NCBI RefSeq assembly: GCF_001194135.2
Contig: NC_068990.1
Location: 84,524,176 to 84,588,175, forward strand
Length of the DNA: 64,000 nt
Origin: Octopus bimaculoides
Lineage: Eukaryota
Reading direction: 5' to 3'
In this document: piece after piece, positions 11,816-25,730 of the stretch
Numbering within the stretch: the first letter of the stretch is position 1
How the letters are laid out: each line of letters begins with the position of its first letter
The notes under the pieces: model-generated
What the model was told of the DNA's origin: nothing
The model's input: the letters and a program-made list of their open reading frames with translations, nothing else
Databases searched by the model: none
Translations under genes and position numbers: made by a program

Positions 11816-12814
11816 GACATGAGACTACAAGTATCCATAACCACAACAGTTACTTCAACATTGGCAATGAGTGTCCCTATAATATCACAACTAGCACCAC
11901 AATTAAGATCATTATTAGAACAATAACAATCATCATCACATCACTAACCACAATAAACTCTTGGCAGAATGTCAAACCAAATCAGGAGCTAATGAGGGAA
12001 CCACCCCTACATAGTTGCTTGACCTGATAATATTAACAGCCAAGTCTCCCTCAAATCACATCCTACCATCTTAAAAAGACAGGATGATCACTGGGGCTGA
12101 CATAGAGTTAAACAACAATAATTATAGTCATCATTATAGCCTCAACAATAATCACAACAAAAACTGCAGAGCTATTGAATTATAACATGAATTATGAGTG
12201 TTATTACTAAAACTTGAATTGTTATGACTTAAGATTTCATGTTATGATGTGAGAATTATTAAGAAGGTATTCACTTGTGATGATGAGGTCTGATAGTACT
12301 ATCCCTCTACCCACACAAATTATGATATCTATGCTGTAAGATTACCAAGTTATAACTAATGAACTTGCTTGCTAACACCTTAATCTATGATGTTTGAATA
12401 ACAGTTATGATGTCTTAAGTTGTTATTGCTAATGATGTCTGAATTACTGTGACTAAGTTATGATGTCTGCCTGCTTGGCCAGTTATTTCCAATGACATCA
12501 TTAAGTTTATAACAAATGGACTGTGATTATCATGTTATTTATTAAGTTATAATGAATATAGACTCATAAAATATGTGTGTAATTATAAAAATGATTATAG
12601 CTCCTTGCCTTACCAGTGCTACAACAGTTGTAAAACAGATGGAATTGGTGTCAGCACCAGGAAAAGTGCCATGACTAGAAACTACTTTTAACAATTAAAT
12701 CTGTCTGATAGCCTTGAGGATAGTCTTGCATGTGTGTGTGTAAGAGAGAAAAATGAACATACACATACATACAAATAAATAAATACAGTGTTATACAATA
12801 AACACACATACAGA

Positions 12815-12852
<38 letters not shown>

Positions 12853-14614
12853 TAAATTCAGGGACATACAAACATAGAAACACAATGTTTTAATGTCAAG
12901 ATTAACAAGCCATATAATTATTAGCAATAAATAAAAACACTAAACTTTTAAATAAATGCCATTTCTAATGTTTAGCTTTAGGTGTCTTGCTTGTTAGTTT
13001 TGTTTGTTTCTCGTTTTATATGGTTTTAAAAATAAGTGTAAAATTCTGTTAATTAAGCATTGATTACACACACACATACACATTTACATGTATATTCATA
13101 CATATTAGCATATACATCTACACACATACACAGGCACAGAAACATGTGCATATACATGCACAAACATTTACATATACACACACACACACACACACACATG
13201 TAATAAATATATACACACATACTGAACACTACACATGATGATGTAAAAGGGTAAGCATTCACTGTAATGAGTTTCTATGGCAAGGAAATGAAGGTGGAGC
13301 CAAGCACACAATACGAAGAATTAAGATTTAACATTGTTGAATCTCCACCCACTAACTTATGAAAGTTTAGAACATTCAGGGAAATGATGATGATGATGAC
13401 GGTGAAATGATGCTGAAATGATGATGATTTCCGACATAAAAGAACAGTGCCATGAATTTTGTCAGAGTGGGGATGTCAAATAAATTGACTTTCAGATACT
13501 TCTTTATCAACTTCTGTAAAAATGAAAGGCAAAACCGACCCAGGTGGAATTTGAACTCAGAACATAAAAGGATGTAACTAAATACAAGGCATAAATTTAG
13601 ACTACTGCTCTAACAAACGTGCCGATCCACTAACCCTGGCAGTGCTAAAAATAATACTTTTGTTTTTCTTTTTTGTAAGGGTGACACATAGACAACTGGG
13701 AAAAGTAAATGAAGAATGATCAAACAAAATGGAGATTTTGTTTGCTTTTTTTTATAGATCAGGATTGATTTTTAAAAAAATACTGCATCAAATATTTTCC
13801 AGTAATGTGTTATTAAAAAAACCCCCATAAAAACACAAAAAAAAAGAAAAGAAAGAACCTTAGCCTTTTGCTACTCTTAACTGTTCGTTATAATTCTTTC
13901 ATTACTATGATTGATAAATTGATCATCGTAATTAATCCCTTCACAGCTATTATTAATCCATTAGCACAAGGCCATAAAAACAAATGTCAAAAAAATTTTT
14001 TTACAGCAAAATCCAAGACTTAATTTTTATTTTTAAACACATGTGTTTGTGTATGAATAATAATAATAAAAAAAAAGAAAAAAAACTGTTAAAATCAACC
14101 CTTTACATGTAGAATGATGCAGGTTGAGCAATTAGGATTACTAGAAACAACAAACATACTCCCAGCAGATATAAACTCATGAACTACCAGTTATTTTGTG
14201 TTCAACAATAAGCAATTGTGCCATACCTTACTTGTTGGTTAAAATCTTTAAACAAAAGAAAATTAGATTAAAAGTAAGCAGTGGCATTCATCCAGTATTT
14301 CAACACTTTTGTGTCTTCATATTTAAATTAAAATCTTAGTCTAAATTCCATTAACGTTACCATAGTAATATAGGAGTTTTAGTAGGTTAAACATTTGCCT
14401 CTTGTTTGTGTTCCAAATAACCAATAAATAAAGTTACATGTAGTTTTTTGTATGCCCTTTAAAATTCTTCATTACTTTGAAAAGTCACTGAAAAAACTAA
14501 AGTATTTGCTCAGCATCTTGGGCAGGTTTTTTTATTACTGTAGCCTTGGATTGACATATCTCACAATTGGAATTTGGTGGCTGAACACTATGCAGAAACA
14601 AGAAGTGACAGAGG

Positions 14615-14646
<32 letters not shown>

Positions 14647-15855
14647 AAGAACAAGAGAGAGAGAAATTACAACCATCCTATATTGGAGAAATAAAAGAAC
14701 AACATAAGTTTTTATGTATTGCTGCTCTTTTATCTAACACAGTACAGCTACTACAGACATGTTAGACTGCAGCCAAAGAATGGCCATTAATTGATTGTCA
14801 TGAAGTCACAAACCAATGCACTCCAACCTCTGACCCACAGATATCTTCTCCCTCCGACTTTTCTATCCCTATAATTACAATAGCATCTGCTTTCTCGGCA
14901 GTCTCAATTCACTTCCACTCAGGTACTTTTAATTTAATCATCTCTCCTCTTTTCATTCTCCATATTGTGTCCACTTCCTCGTGTCCCTACATTAATCATT
15001 ATGTCTAGTCCTTCCTCACCAGAATGTTGGTCCTCAGAAATTCCCTCCCTGCACATTTTTCCAGCAGCCATTAACTTGCAAACTTGCAACAGTTCAAGCA
15101 AAATGTTAGCAACATCAATCTCACTGGTCTCAAATGGCCCCTGAAGGCTATGAGTACAGCTCCTTCTTCCAAAAGGTAGAGGGAGAGAGAGTACGATCCA
15201 TGAGGGATCATATAACAGCCTGCCTGGACTCCCAATCTCTTTGTGCAATAATCTACAAAGGTTATATCATACCATTTTGCGTCATCACTGGCCATCCAAA
15301 GACTATTAACACAATGAAATAAAAATAACCAAAATAAATTATTTTTAGGACACACAAGTGGCACACTTTGTTGCAGCAGCATACTCCAACACAATACAGC
15401 AATCACACAATACTTGCTATTACAAAGAGCCAGACATCTATAGTCCTGCTCCAAACCACTGCCACCACTACTAACATTATCATCACACCATCCTAAAGAA
15501 CACTGTCCTTTTGATATTAGAGATTATAAGTACCAATTCAAAACAGGAAAAAAAAACAATAGGACAGCTGATGATCTGATTCATTTTCATATTCATGGAT
15601 CTAACTATAAGTTGAATAGAAAAGAATATCTCTGAAGTAGATGAGATACTGTTGAAATAAAAGAATGGAGTCTCTGTTGATTTTGATGATGAGCATTCTG
15701 CTGTTCAACCAGTTGAACTTCCAATTCATTAAATTAATCTCTAAGTGGTTAAAATATTTCCCAAACACATGAACCCTTAACGTAATTATCATTTTGAATC
15801 AGTGTGACACAGTATGCCACAAAGCTGGACTTTTGATTTACAAGTGCAGTTTCCC

Positions 15856-16391
15856 TCTATATAAATTCACTCAAAAGGTATGGGTTGACTTGAAGCTATG
15901 GTATAGAAACACTGGCTCAAGATGCCATACATTGGGTTTAAACCAGGACTCCAATGGGACCACATTATTATAGAGAAAACATCTTAACCACTCTGCCATG
16001 CTTAAGTCTATAAGTAAATAAATTAGAACAGTATAAAACAACATTTATAGTATCTAATTCAGGAAGAGAGAATGACAGGTTGCCCTGTAATGTAATACAA
16101 GGTGGTCATGGAGCAAGTGACTGACATATGATCCATCCAGGTAGGCTTGCTGTTCTTTACTGGCTCAAATTAGTGCTTATCATGTTTGATAATCTTTTAT
16201 GATATCTATTATCTAATGTTTGTGATACTGACGTCAATGAAATCTTCTATATAAATTCATTCAAAAGGTATGAGTTGACCTGAAGTTGTGGTATAAAAAC
16301 ACAGGCTCAAGATGCCATACATTGGGTTTAAACCAAGACTCCAGTGGGACCTCATTACTGTAGAGAAAACATCTTAACCACTCTGCCATGC
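15856..16391. repeat. Two ~146-bp direct repeats (decayed family-B heads) 390 bp apart
   Basis: 15856-16001 and 16246-16391 are about 90% identical by eye. Confidence 0.85.
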
Positions 16392-17134
16392 ATATGTCCA
16401 TACATAACTAACCTTCCCCACCTCCTTTTTTGATTTCTATGTCAATTTTACATTAATCAACAAGAGGTCAAGCTGTGACTATCCTGTCCCTTTCCTGGCA
16501 TAATCCATCCATTTCTTGGTATAGCGTGTAGACTGGACAGTAAAGTATGGTTTAGGAAAACTTTAGCTACTGATTCTAGCAGGCTAAGAGATCACACAGA
16601 CATTTCCTCATATTAATGTTTGGAAGACAAGCCTCCTTGTTAGTTTGTACAACCAAGTAAGACATTTTTATTGGCTTATTAGCCCCTAAATACAGGGCTA
16701 CCTTGAACCCTAACAATGATAAATGTAAAGGATCATCAATTCCTACTGAGTTCAACTTCTTTGTCTCTACAATGGCCACTACAAGAACCTACTGATATAA
16801 AAACATACCAAGACTTCCAAACAGTACCCCAGTTGATAAACCACTGCATGCCAAGCAAAGTAGAGATGATATATCTAGGGAAGTGATGTGTGGATTACAC
16901 CTCACTATACTGACAACTTATATGCCATAAGTTTCTTCAATCAGTTGAGTGTGATTTGATATAAAATGAAAGTCTAGGATGTTAGGGTACCCCTTTGCAC
17001 TGTTTATAGTTCTATAAAAAGGGAAAAAAAAACCACCAAAAAAACTGATGTAACACACATACACACATAATATGTAGGCTGTAACATTTCAAAATTTCAA
17101 ACAATCTCTCTCTCTCTCTCTCTNNNNNNNNNNN

Positions 17135-17170
<36 letters not shown>

Positions 17171-18225
17171 ATGATACATGCACAATCACACACACACACG
17201 CACACACACCTGCTAGGGCACAAAATGCGCAAATATATACCAAAAATAGTTTGTTTCATAACTTTCATATACATGCACATACTGAAACACAGCTGTGTAC
17301 ACACACACACAGATATAACAATCTGCAACATTACTGATTTTACATTAATATTTTTTGATTTTTATCAACAATAAAAAAAAAATGAAAATAAATAAAAAGT
17401 AAATAAATGAAATGAAAAATAAAGATTTTTGGCTAAATTGTGTTTTTGAGGGTGGCGGGCTTTAAATTGTTGAAACTTTCAGTTTCTTTTAAATCCCCTC
17501 TTTTGGCTATTCAAAAGCTCTGTATTTTTAGGAGAAGGAGAAATATGGTGATGCTCAAGCCCTTCCTGGCTGTCAGCAGGAACCAAAGCTTTTTAGGTCT
17601 GTTACATACATGAACCATTAGACATTCTGTGGTTTGGCACCAACTTGTCCATCACAGCAACACAACCAAAATCTTGATCCCCACCTCTATTGTGTCATGC
17701 CATGAAAATGCTGTACCAAATAATTTTCCACCCAAATGGTTTTTTTTTTCTGTCCCCTAAATTAGAACTCCCTGGGATTTTCTCTTTGCCCAACCCACAT
17801 TTTCTCAGACAGGCCTTCCACCTGCAGCAATAAAAGCTGAACGAACATCAACCATGTCGTGGCAACCTCACCAGTGATGAGGAGGAAGAGTACGCATAGG
17901 TCATTTATGGACACTGTCCCTCCTCACTGAATTAAAATATTAAAAGAAAAACAAAAAATAAAAATAAAAAATGAAATAAATGAAATTACCAAAGAAGGAA
18001 AAATAAATATTTAAAAAAAGGAAAAAGAAATAAAATTGTAAAAAAAAAAAAAAATTCAAAGAGAGAATTTGAAAAATTTTGTCCGTAATCAATAGATCTG
18101 AACTGATTTTCAATTTTTAAACATAAGCTGGGAGGGCCGTGTTTGTTTCTGCTACTGTGTTGTGAGACAACAGTAATGAGATCAATGCTTAGTGTAAGTT
18201 AACCGTCAAACATGAAGAAGTTCCT

Positions 18226-18316
18226 TCAATGAAAGGTCTTGAAATTGGCTACACTTTGTTTAATGTTCCGGCATTTCTTCAAGTAAGGGAAGAGATAGCA
18301 GTGAAGTGACCATAAT
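18226..18316 (-). CDS. fng: Fringe glycosyltransferase, last coding exon (R-LWSLHCYLFPYLKKCRNIKQSVANFKTFH*)
   Basis: ttttccag acceptor; phase 2; SLHC-LFP..C matches the Fringe C-terminus; TGA at 18228-18226. Confidence 0.9.
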
Positions 18317-19247
18317 CTGGAAAAGAAAACCAATAAAGATACAAAGATGTAAAAATTAAAAAATAGTTTAAATAAGAAATCTCTAAAGTCAGCACAAGTT
18401 CACATATATTTGGGAAAACAGCTTATTTGATTCAACTAGCTCCAGAATTTAACTGGTACTTTATTTTATCAACTCCAAAAGGATGAAAGGTTAAAAATTG
18501 ACCTCAGTGAGATTGGAATTCAGAATGTAAGTAACTATATAAAAGTATTTTGTTTTAGAATGGTGGTGCTCTACCATTGTTGCCACTCATCAAACTTTAA
18601 TAAGAGCAACACAAGAATATATGTATACAAATTTATTTTTAGCATTTTTCAGGTGGGAGAAGGTGAATGAGTAAAAACTCTATCGTCTGCTTCATAACTG
18701 AATGGTTCACAGTAGGAAGAGCATCCAGCTGTAATGACAACTGATCTAACTTGAGATTCTTTGTTGCTGCTGTTAAAAGCAGGAGCCAAATTACCATTGA
18801 ATTATACATCATACTTTAAAAATATATAAAAAAAAAGACACATTAGATAATGCAATCTTAGACACTCCCTCTTCCAAAAGATGAGAAGGTCACAGCTAGA
18901 ATGCCTCACATGAAAGGCCTGCTAGATTAGAGCTGACCTGAAGCTAAACAAGTGTGCTAAGAAATAAACTATCATAAGCATGGGAACAGATGTGATAGCA
19001 ATAAAGCCTAAACACAAACACACATATATATATTAAATGCCACTTTTGTTTGTGTAAAACACCAGAGTACTCAATACACACTATGAGGAATGCATATTAT
19101 TTATAGTGTTTGTAGTAATTGTCAGACTGTAGTTTCACATCAGTAGCCAGGTAGTTGGACACACTGATCTGTAGCAAATATTTCCATTAGATAGGGAAGA
19201 AAAAGACTAGTACGTATGGAAATAAAAAAAGGAATTAAACGTCCAGC

Positions 19248-19285
<38 letters not shown>

Positions 19286-19412
19286 TATATGATCTGTTAT
19301 TACAATATGCACATGAATGGTCATTGTACTTTCATTCTTCCATGCTACTCTGAACACATACATATATAAATATATATCACTAGATACATTAGACAAATTA
19401 AAGGTTCTTTAC

Positions 19413-19495
19413 CTAGTTGGGTCTTCATCTTCTGAAAATCCTGGAACATTAACAATATTCATTTTCTCTCCATAGTAAGAATAACTGAATGTTAC
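19413..19495 (-). CDS. fng: Fringe exon (VTFSYSYYGEKMNIVNVPGFSEDEDPT-R)
   Basis: 83 bp, tgtag acceptor, AG|gtaaag donor; matches the Fringe V(T/S)FSY...N...GF...DP.R motif. Confidence 0.93.
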
Positions 19496-19733
19496 CTACA
19501 ATGTAAAAAAAAAAAAACACTTGGTTTGAACGCAGAGCGCTTATGTAACTAAACTATGAGTTCAAAATAACTATGTAATAAACAAAGAGTTTACATCATG
19601 CATGTTGACAGCATTAACACACAGACGGTTTCATAGTCACAGTAGTAACACAGTCAGTCACTGTAGTAACAGCCACATAGTCACAGCGGTAACACAGCAA
19701 GAATACAAACAGCAGGAATATAAGTCGACTTAC

Positions 19734-19828
19734 ATGTTTTTCCAGTTGGTTAGGTCGTAGTAACCAAAGTGCCTCAAGGTGTGAATGGAAGTCTTCCACT
19801 TCTGTGAGGGGTTTCTTCAAAAGATGTC
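19734..19828 (-). CDS. fng: Fringe exon (G-HLLKKPLTEVEDFHSHLEALWLLRPNQLEKH)
   Basis: 95 bp, ttcttcag acceptor, gtaagt donor; conserved FHSHLE motif. Confidence 0.95.
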
Positions 19829-19856
19829 CTGAAGAAGAAATAGGAATAATATTTAA

Positions 19857-20076
19857 CCCTTTAGCGTTCAGATTTCTTTGTCAAATGTATTGCTTATTTC
19901 TTCACGTTGTTTTGACGTTATCAGATATAATGCCATAGCTTCAATATTGCAATGATGTGAAAGAATTACATTGGAGGGTAGGTAGGTAGGTAGGTGTGGA
20001 AGCTTGGATCTGGTCAGTTTAATTTAGAACAGGTAGAATGTTTTGGCCAGATATGGCTGGTTTAAATGCTAAAGGG
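19857..20076. mobile_element. piggyBac-type MITE (family F)
   Basis: TTAA (19853-56) CCCTTTAGC ... GCTAAAGGG TTAA (20077-80): 9-bp TIRs with TTAA TSD. Confidence 0.85.
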
Positions 20077-20843
20077 TTAACGTGGGTCTATTTTTAAAGA
20101 CTATTTTATTTACAGAACCCCTAAAGAGATGAAAGGTAAAGTCAGAATTTGAACTCAGGATTTAGTGTAACAAAAGTAAATACTACAGCATTAAGGTAAT
20201 CTGTTTAGTCTAATGCTGTACTAAATTTTCCATAGTTAATTGGATGAAAGTTGAAGGGCAGCAGATTAGCAGAATCATCAGAGCATCAGATAAAATGTTT
20301 GGTATTTAGTTTCGACCCTCTATGCTCTGAGTTCAAATCCTGCTGAGCTCTATAAATATGTTGTTTCTCCAACCTGTCTAATTATACCAATATTACAATG
20401 GCCTTTGCTTCTAGGAATTACCTGGTTGCATGCCACCTCCACCTCTGCTTTCCCATCTGCATTCTCATCACTCTCTACAGCACTGTTTTCTCTCCAGGTC
20501 CTTGTACTAATTATATGCAATCCTTCCTTCCCAGAATATCAAATCCTCTGAAATTTTCAAATTTCTTTTAGACAGACATTGAGTTACAAATATCCAAACT
20601 AAACACACCAATCTTTCAAGTCACAGAGAACTCATAGAGATCATTCATGGGCTCTGCCCCCTCTTTCTGCCTCACTACCAAAACATACAAAACAAAAATT
20701 AAGTAATTTGGTTTTTCTGTCCTCTCAGCTCCTTTCGTTCCTCTATGGTCGATAGATATTAGCTTACCTATGACAAATTTATTTATGTAACTAGGATCAA
20801 TTATTTATGTAACTAGGATCAATAAATACAGGTACAGACTTAC

Positions 20844-20914
20844 CTATGATATATCCAACTGTACAGTCATCTGGCAGGCGTATTTCTTCCCCAACAGCCA
20901 TTAAGCGACCTCCA
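20844..20914 (-). CDS. fng: Fringe exon (G-GGRLMAVGEEIRLPDDCTVGYII)
   Basis: 71 bp, ttttag acceptor, gtaagt donor; conserved RLPDDCT.GYI motif with the catalytic Asp region. Confidence 0.95.
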
Positions 20915-23176
20915 CTAAAATATACAAATGTTAAACGTTATTGAACAAATTAGTATAGAAGTGATTTGCATAAACTATTAACACCAATATAATCATACCA
21001 ACACCAACAATATCACCATCACCACCACCATCATCACATCACCACTGTCAATAGAATCATCAGCCAAAGTGTGAGCCTTTTAATCTACAAGAAATAAATC
21101 ACCTCAACTTATGCTCAGCCACCTTTAAAATAAAACATTGGACAATGTAGTCCTAGATTATTGAGGGTGAACATATGATACATGTGACATGCTATGGGGA
21201 TTTTAAGTGACACATGATGGACATTAAAAAAAAAAATCTCCCTGAAAGATGTTATGAAAATCTTATCTCTAAGCACTTACCCAAAACTAAAACATATATA
21301 CATGGAAGTGACATTCCAATAAAATGGTTATTAAAGGAAGTAAAATTCGGATACACTGGGCTAAAGAAAAAATATTGGCCATTGCCAGCACTGTCCAAGA
21401 TACACTACATCTGGGAAATAAATAAATAAATAAATAAATAAGGCAGCTTGGTTATGGTTGGAGTGCCTTTGGTCCTAGGTTTGTTTGGGGGTAAACAAAC
21501 AGTAAGAATCAACAAAAATCATTAAATGCATGAGATTTGTTAGCACAGGAAATAATAACAACTTAGGCACTGGCATGGCTGTGTGGTAAGAAGCTTGCTT
21601 CCAGTTACTTGGTTCTGGGTTCAGTTCTACAGCATGGTACCCTGAGCAAGTTTCTTCTAAAGCTCCAGGTCGATCAAAGCCTGGTGAATGGATCTGGTAA
21701 ACAAAACTGAAAGAAGCCTGTCGTGTCTGTGTTACTGTCTCCTTGCCTTGATTTGTTTTTGCATGATAGTTGTCTGGTCATGAGGAAATATTACTTTATT
21801 TGGAAACAGGTGAAGGTTAGCAACAGGAAGAGCATCTGGTTGTAGAAAATCCACGTCAACAAATTCTGTCCGTCCCATGCAAGTATGGGAAATGAACATT
21901 AAAATGATGACAATGATGATGGTGATGATGATGATGAAATGTGGCAATTCAAAGGAAATAGAATTGTTTAGAAATGAAATAATTCAAGGACATTAGGTGT
22001 ATAAAAACAATGAAAATAACAAGAGTCATTGACTAAAATGGAGTTATTTTTTTATGTCATTGCTTGTTAATTTCTAATTAGCTTTTTTCAATGTTCCATG
22101 TAATAAATAAACCTTGAATACTTTGACTAAATTTGTAATTAAAAAAAATTATCCTTTAATCAGCTGTCTTGTTTATTTCTGTTAGTATTTAGGGGTTTAA
22201 TTATGAGATTTAGTTATACTCCATCAACAACCATTTTAAACACTTCGTATCAGTTTACAATGAATATGGGAGAAGCTCGTTTAGAATATTATAGCTTCAT
22301 AAATTAGTAAAGTACTTCAGTTATTACAAACAGTGAAGGGAAGAATGGGTAGAGTACTGGCCAAAATACCTTGTGGTACTAGGTTATGTTCCTTACATTC
22401 TGATTTCAAATCCCTACCAAAGTCACCTTTGCCCTTTCATCCTTTTGAGTTCAAGAAAAGTAATCATCAGACTACAAGTACTGGGGGACCAATATAATTG
22501 ACTGTATCCTTGAAGGCAACACCTCATATGGTTACAGTCCAAGGATGAATAATCAACATCATCATTATCAACGTTTAACATCTGTTTTCCATGCTGGCAT
22601 GGGTTAGATGGCTTGATGGAAACTGCCATGGCCAAAAGGTCACACCGGGTTTTGTAGTCTGTTTTGGCTGGATGCTCTTCCTAACACCAACCACTTTACA
22701 GAGTGTACTGGGTGCTTTTTACAAGGTACCAACACCCAAACCAATGCTTTTTTATGTGGCACCTTGGTTTTAGGATCTCAGTTCTGTTGTGGTGGGTAGG
22801 TCTTCTTGAGTACAGCAATGCACCACATATCTCGATCCTATGTATTCTCCTTCATAAGGCCCAGCATTTTGAGACAGAATATAAGAATAGTATTTGCCAA
22901 GAAATAATTTAGACCATTCATGAATTAACTCTTGTAACGATTATATTACAAACAGAAACAAATAATAAAAGAAAGGACAAAGGTTTTTTTCTCATACATT
23001 AATGAGTTTTTCAATGTCTTCGAAATGAATGTAAACAGAATTTTGTGTGACATTATGCATTTCAGAATTGCCTAACTGACGTAATCCAGTACGGTACTAT
23101 GTGGCACAAGTTTACACACACACACACACACACACACACAATGGTGGTGCTGGTGGTGGAGGTAGTAGTAGTAAAA

Positions 23177-23243
<67 letters not shown>

Positions 23244-23667
23244 CACGTGTTCACAGAATAACTTGGAAGATAAGAAGAGATAGGTACATGCTGGAAATCA
23301 AATAAACTTGTAGCTCAACCTATACGTATATACATATCTTATTAACAGCTACAGATGCTTTAATTAAAGAGATAGTTGACACCTTGTGTCAGCACTCTAC
23401 TGTGTACATTGGTGTGGAGAGAGACATTCACTGACACAGAAACTAGCTTATTTAGTTAACATTCCAGACAGAGCATAAATTAGATAATGAATGTACGACA
23501 GTTATAATAATAGAGGGTGGTGGAGGTTATGATGATGACAACAACAACAATCATGATGACGACTATGATGACAATGATGACAAGAAATAACTATGATGAT
23601 GATGAAGACGATGACAGCAGCAATGGTTTCAAATTTTGGCACGAGACCAGTAATTCTGAGGCAGTGA

Positions 23668-23719
<52 letters not shown>

Positions 23720-24685
23720 AAGGAAATGGATTGCTATCAATTTTGGCAAGTATGAGTATTCAGTTGTCTGATCATCTGAATTACCTGCTAAGTGACTGAG
23801 TATTCCATGGACTTGAAATTCTCAGGCAGAATCAGAATGACACAGTGTGATAAGGCTGAACCTTTGAATCACATTTATAATCCTATCCAGCAGGCTTCCA
23901 CACAGTTTTTGTCTACTCAGTTTCACCCAAAAAAGAGTGGATCAGTCAGAGGTCCATGATGCCACGTGAGGATAGAACCTTGGACCATGCAATTGCGAGA
24001 TGATCTTAACCCTCCAGACATGCTGTATCCACATACACAGTCATGCATACAGCAATATAGCAGTACTATGGTAATTGTTGTCACAAGGTGTGTATTTGTG
24101 CTGAAGCTACAACTCTTAGCTCAAATATAAACATACAAAGTTCAGGTTATTCCTATACATTATATGACTACAGCTTGATTTAATTTTCTTTTCTGAGTCT
24201 AAATTATTAGATCTGAAAATAATTCATGAGAAAACACTGCACAAACAAAATTATTTTATAGAAAATTTTACCAACTTGGTCAGTGTCTTGTGCTTACTTT
24301 GCACTCCTAAAATATATATTCTTTATTATATATATAATTTAATTTATATAAGGGCATTATTATACAATAACGCCTCACACTAAGAGGGACTCTAGAAGTG
24401 AAACTACTAGCAATTATATGTACCAGGTAAATGAGAAGAAGAAGCATATTAGTTTGAAATAGCTTGCATCCCTTCTCTCTGCAATCCTGCAAAGGCTCTC
24501 ATACTTGGCACACTTCCATTTAAAGGCTTGATTGCACACTTCGTCCCACAGGACCAGTGCGTTAGATCCAGATTATTTTTGTTGTCTTTACAGATGGTAC
24601 AGCATGAACAATATTGTTTCACAGAAAGCTTCTATCAGCTTAGGTCAGTGTCTGGTGCTTACCTCATGCACCTAAAATGTACACC

Positions 24686-24788
<103 letters not shown>

Positions 24789-24969
24789 GATTAAGTGAGT
24801 GGTAATCCCAAATAAGATTTTACTCAAATCATGACAATTCATCCCATAGAAATTGGGTGTAAAGTGATGATGATGATGATGATGATATACCCTGCACACA
24901 TAAACAACACACAGCATATACATATACACTCACACACATCTATATACATACATGCATGCACACAAAGTG

Positions 24970-25008
<39 letters not shown>

Positions 25009-25574
25009 TGTATAAATACTTAAATGCCTTCAAAGACATACCAAAAATAAATAAAAGAATGAAAAACTACACAAAACAATGTACGGGCATCAATTTAAAA
25101 GACACCTGCACCAGGTAAATCTTAGCCAGAAGAGATACTAAATGGATAAAAAAGAAAACAAACAAAAACAAAAACAAAAACAAAAATTTTTATAAACCAA
25201 AGAAAGAACTAAACTAACCTGTCAAATAAATGAAATTGGAAAGAAATCAAACTTTGGTTTAGTTCACACATTCTGTCAAGCAAGCTACCTGATACCCTAC
25301 CCGACAACCTACCCAAATTTCTTTCTCTTTTCTGAATGTTTTACATAACATTTACTGATGCTTGCATGGTCTCGTCAATTAAGACATATACTTCAAACAG
25401 TTGTTTTTAAGACAGCCTGTCTATTATCAGTCAACAATATGCCTGCAGCTGTGGAGTTAACTTGGTTACCCCAGCCAACTTAGTTTGGGCAATACACATA
25501 CATATATATACTAAACACAAGCAAATATATATGCATATGCAAACACGTACACACACATACATTTAACGTTCAAG

Positions 25575-25730
25575 TCTGGCTGTGTGGTTAAGCAGTTTGC
25601 TTCCCAACCACATGGGTTCAGGTTCAGTTCAGTCCGATTGCACAGTACCTAGGGTAAGTTTCTTCTGCTGCTAGTCTTGGGCTGGCCAAAACTTTGTCAA
25701 TGGATTTGCTAGACAGAAATTCACACACAC
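25575..25730 (+). mobile_element. Family B SINE head, host of a family C insertion
   Basis: GGCTGTGTGGTTAAG...GGTTCAG head, degenerate. Confidence 0.7.

Noticed and set aside
14934-15454. Overlapping 104- and 127-aa minus-strand ORFs
   Set aside because: No recognisable domain or splice-consistent exon; may be an old retroelement relic, but this is unsupported.
17104-17168. (CT)n/(GA)n inverted microsatellite hairpin
   Set aside because: The arms meet at an 11-N gap, so the orientation may be an assembly artefact.
17874-17930. C/D box snoRNA (GTGATGA...CTGA on the + strand)
   Set aside because: The complementarity lies inside rather than outside the boxes, no D'/C' pair is evident, and no + strand host intron is known here.
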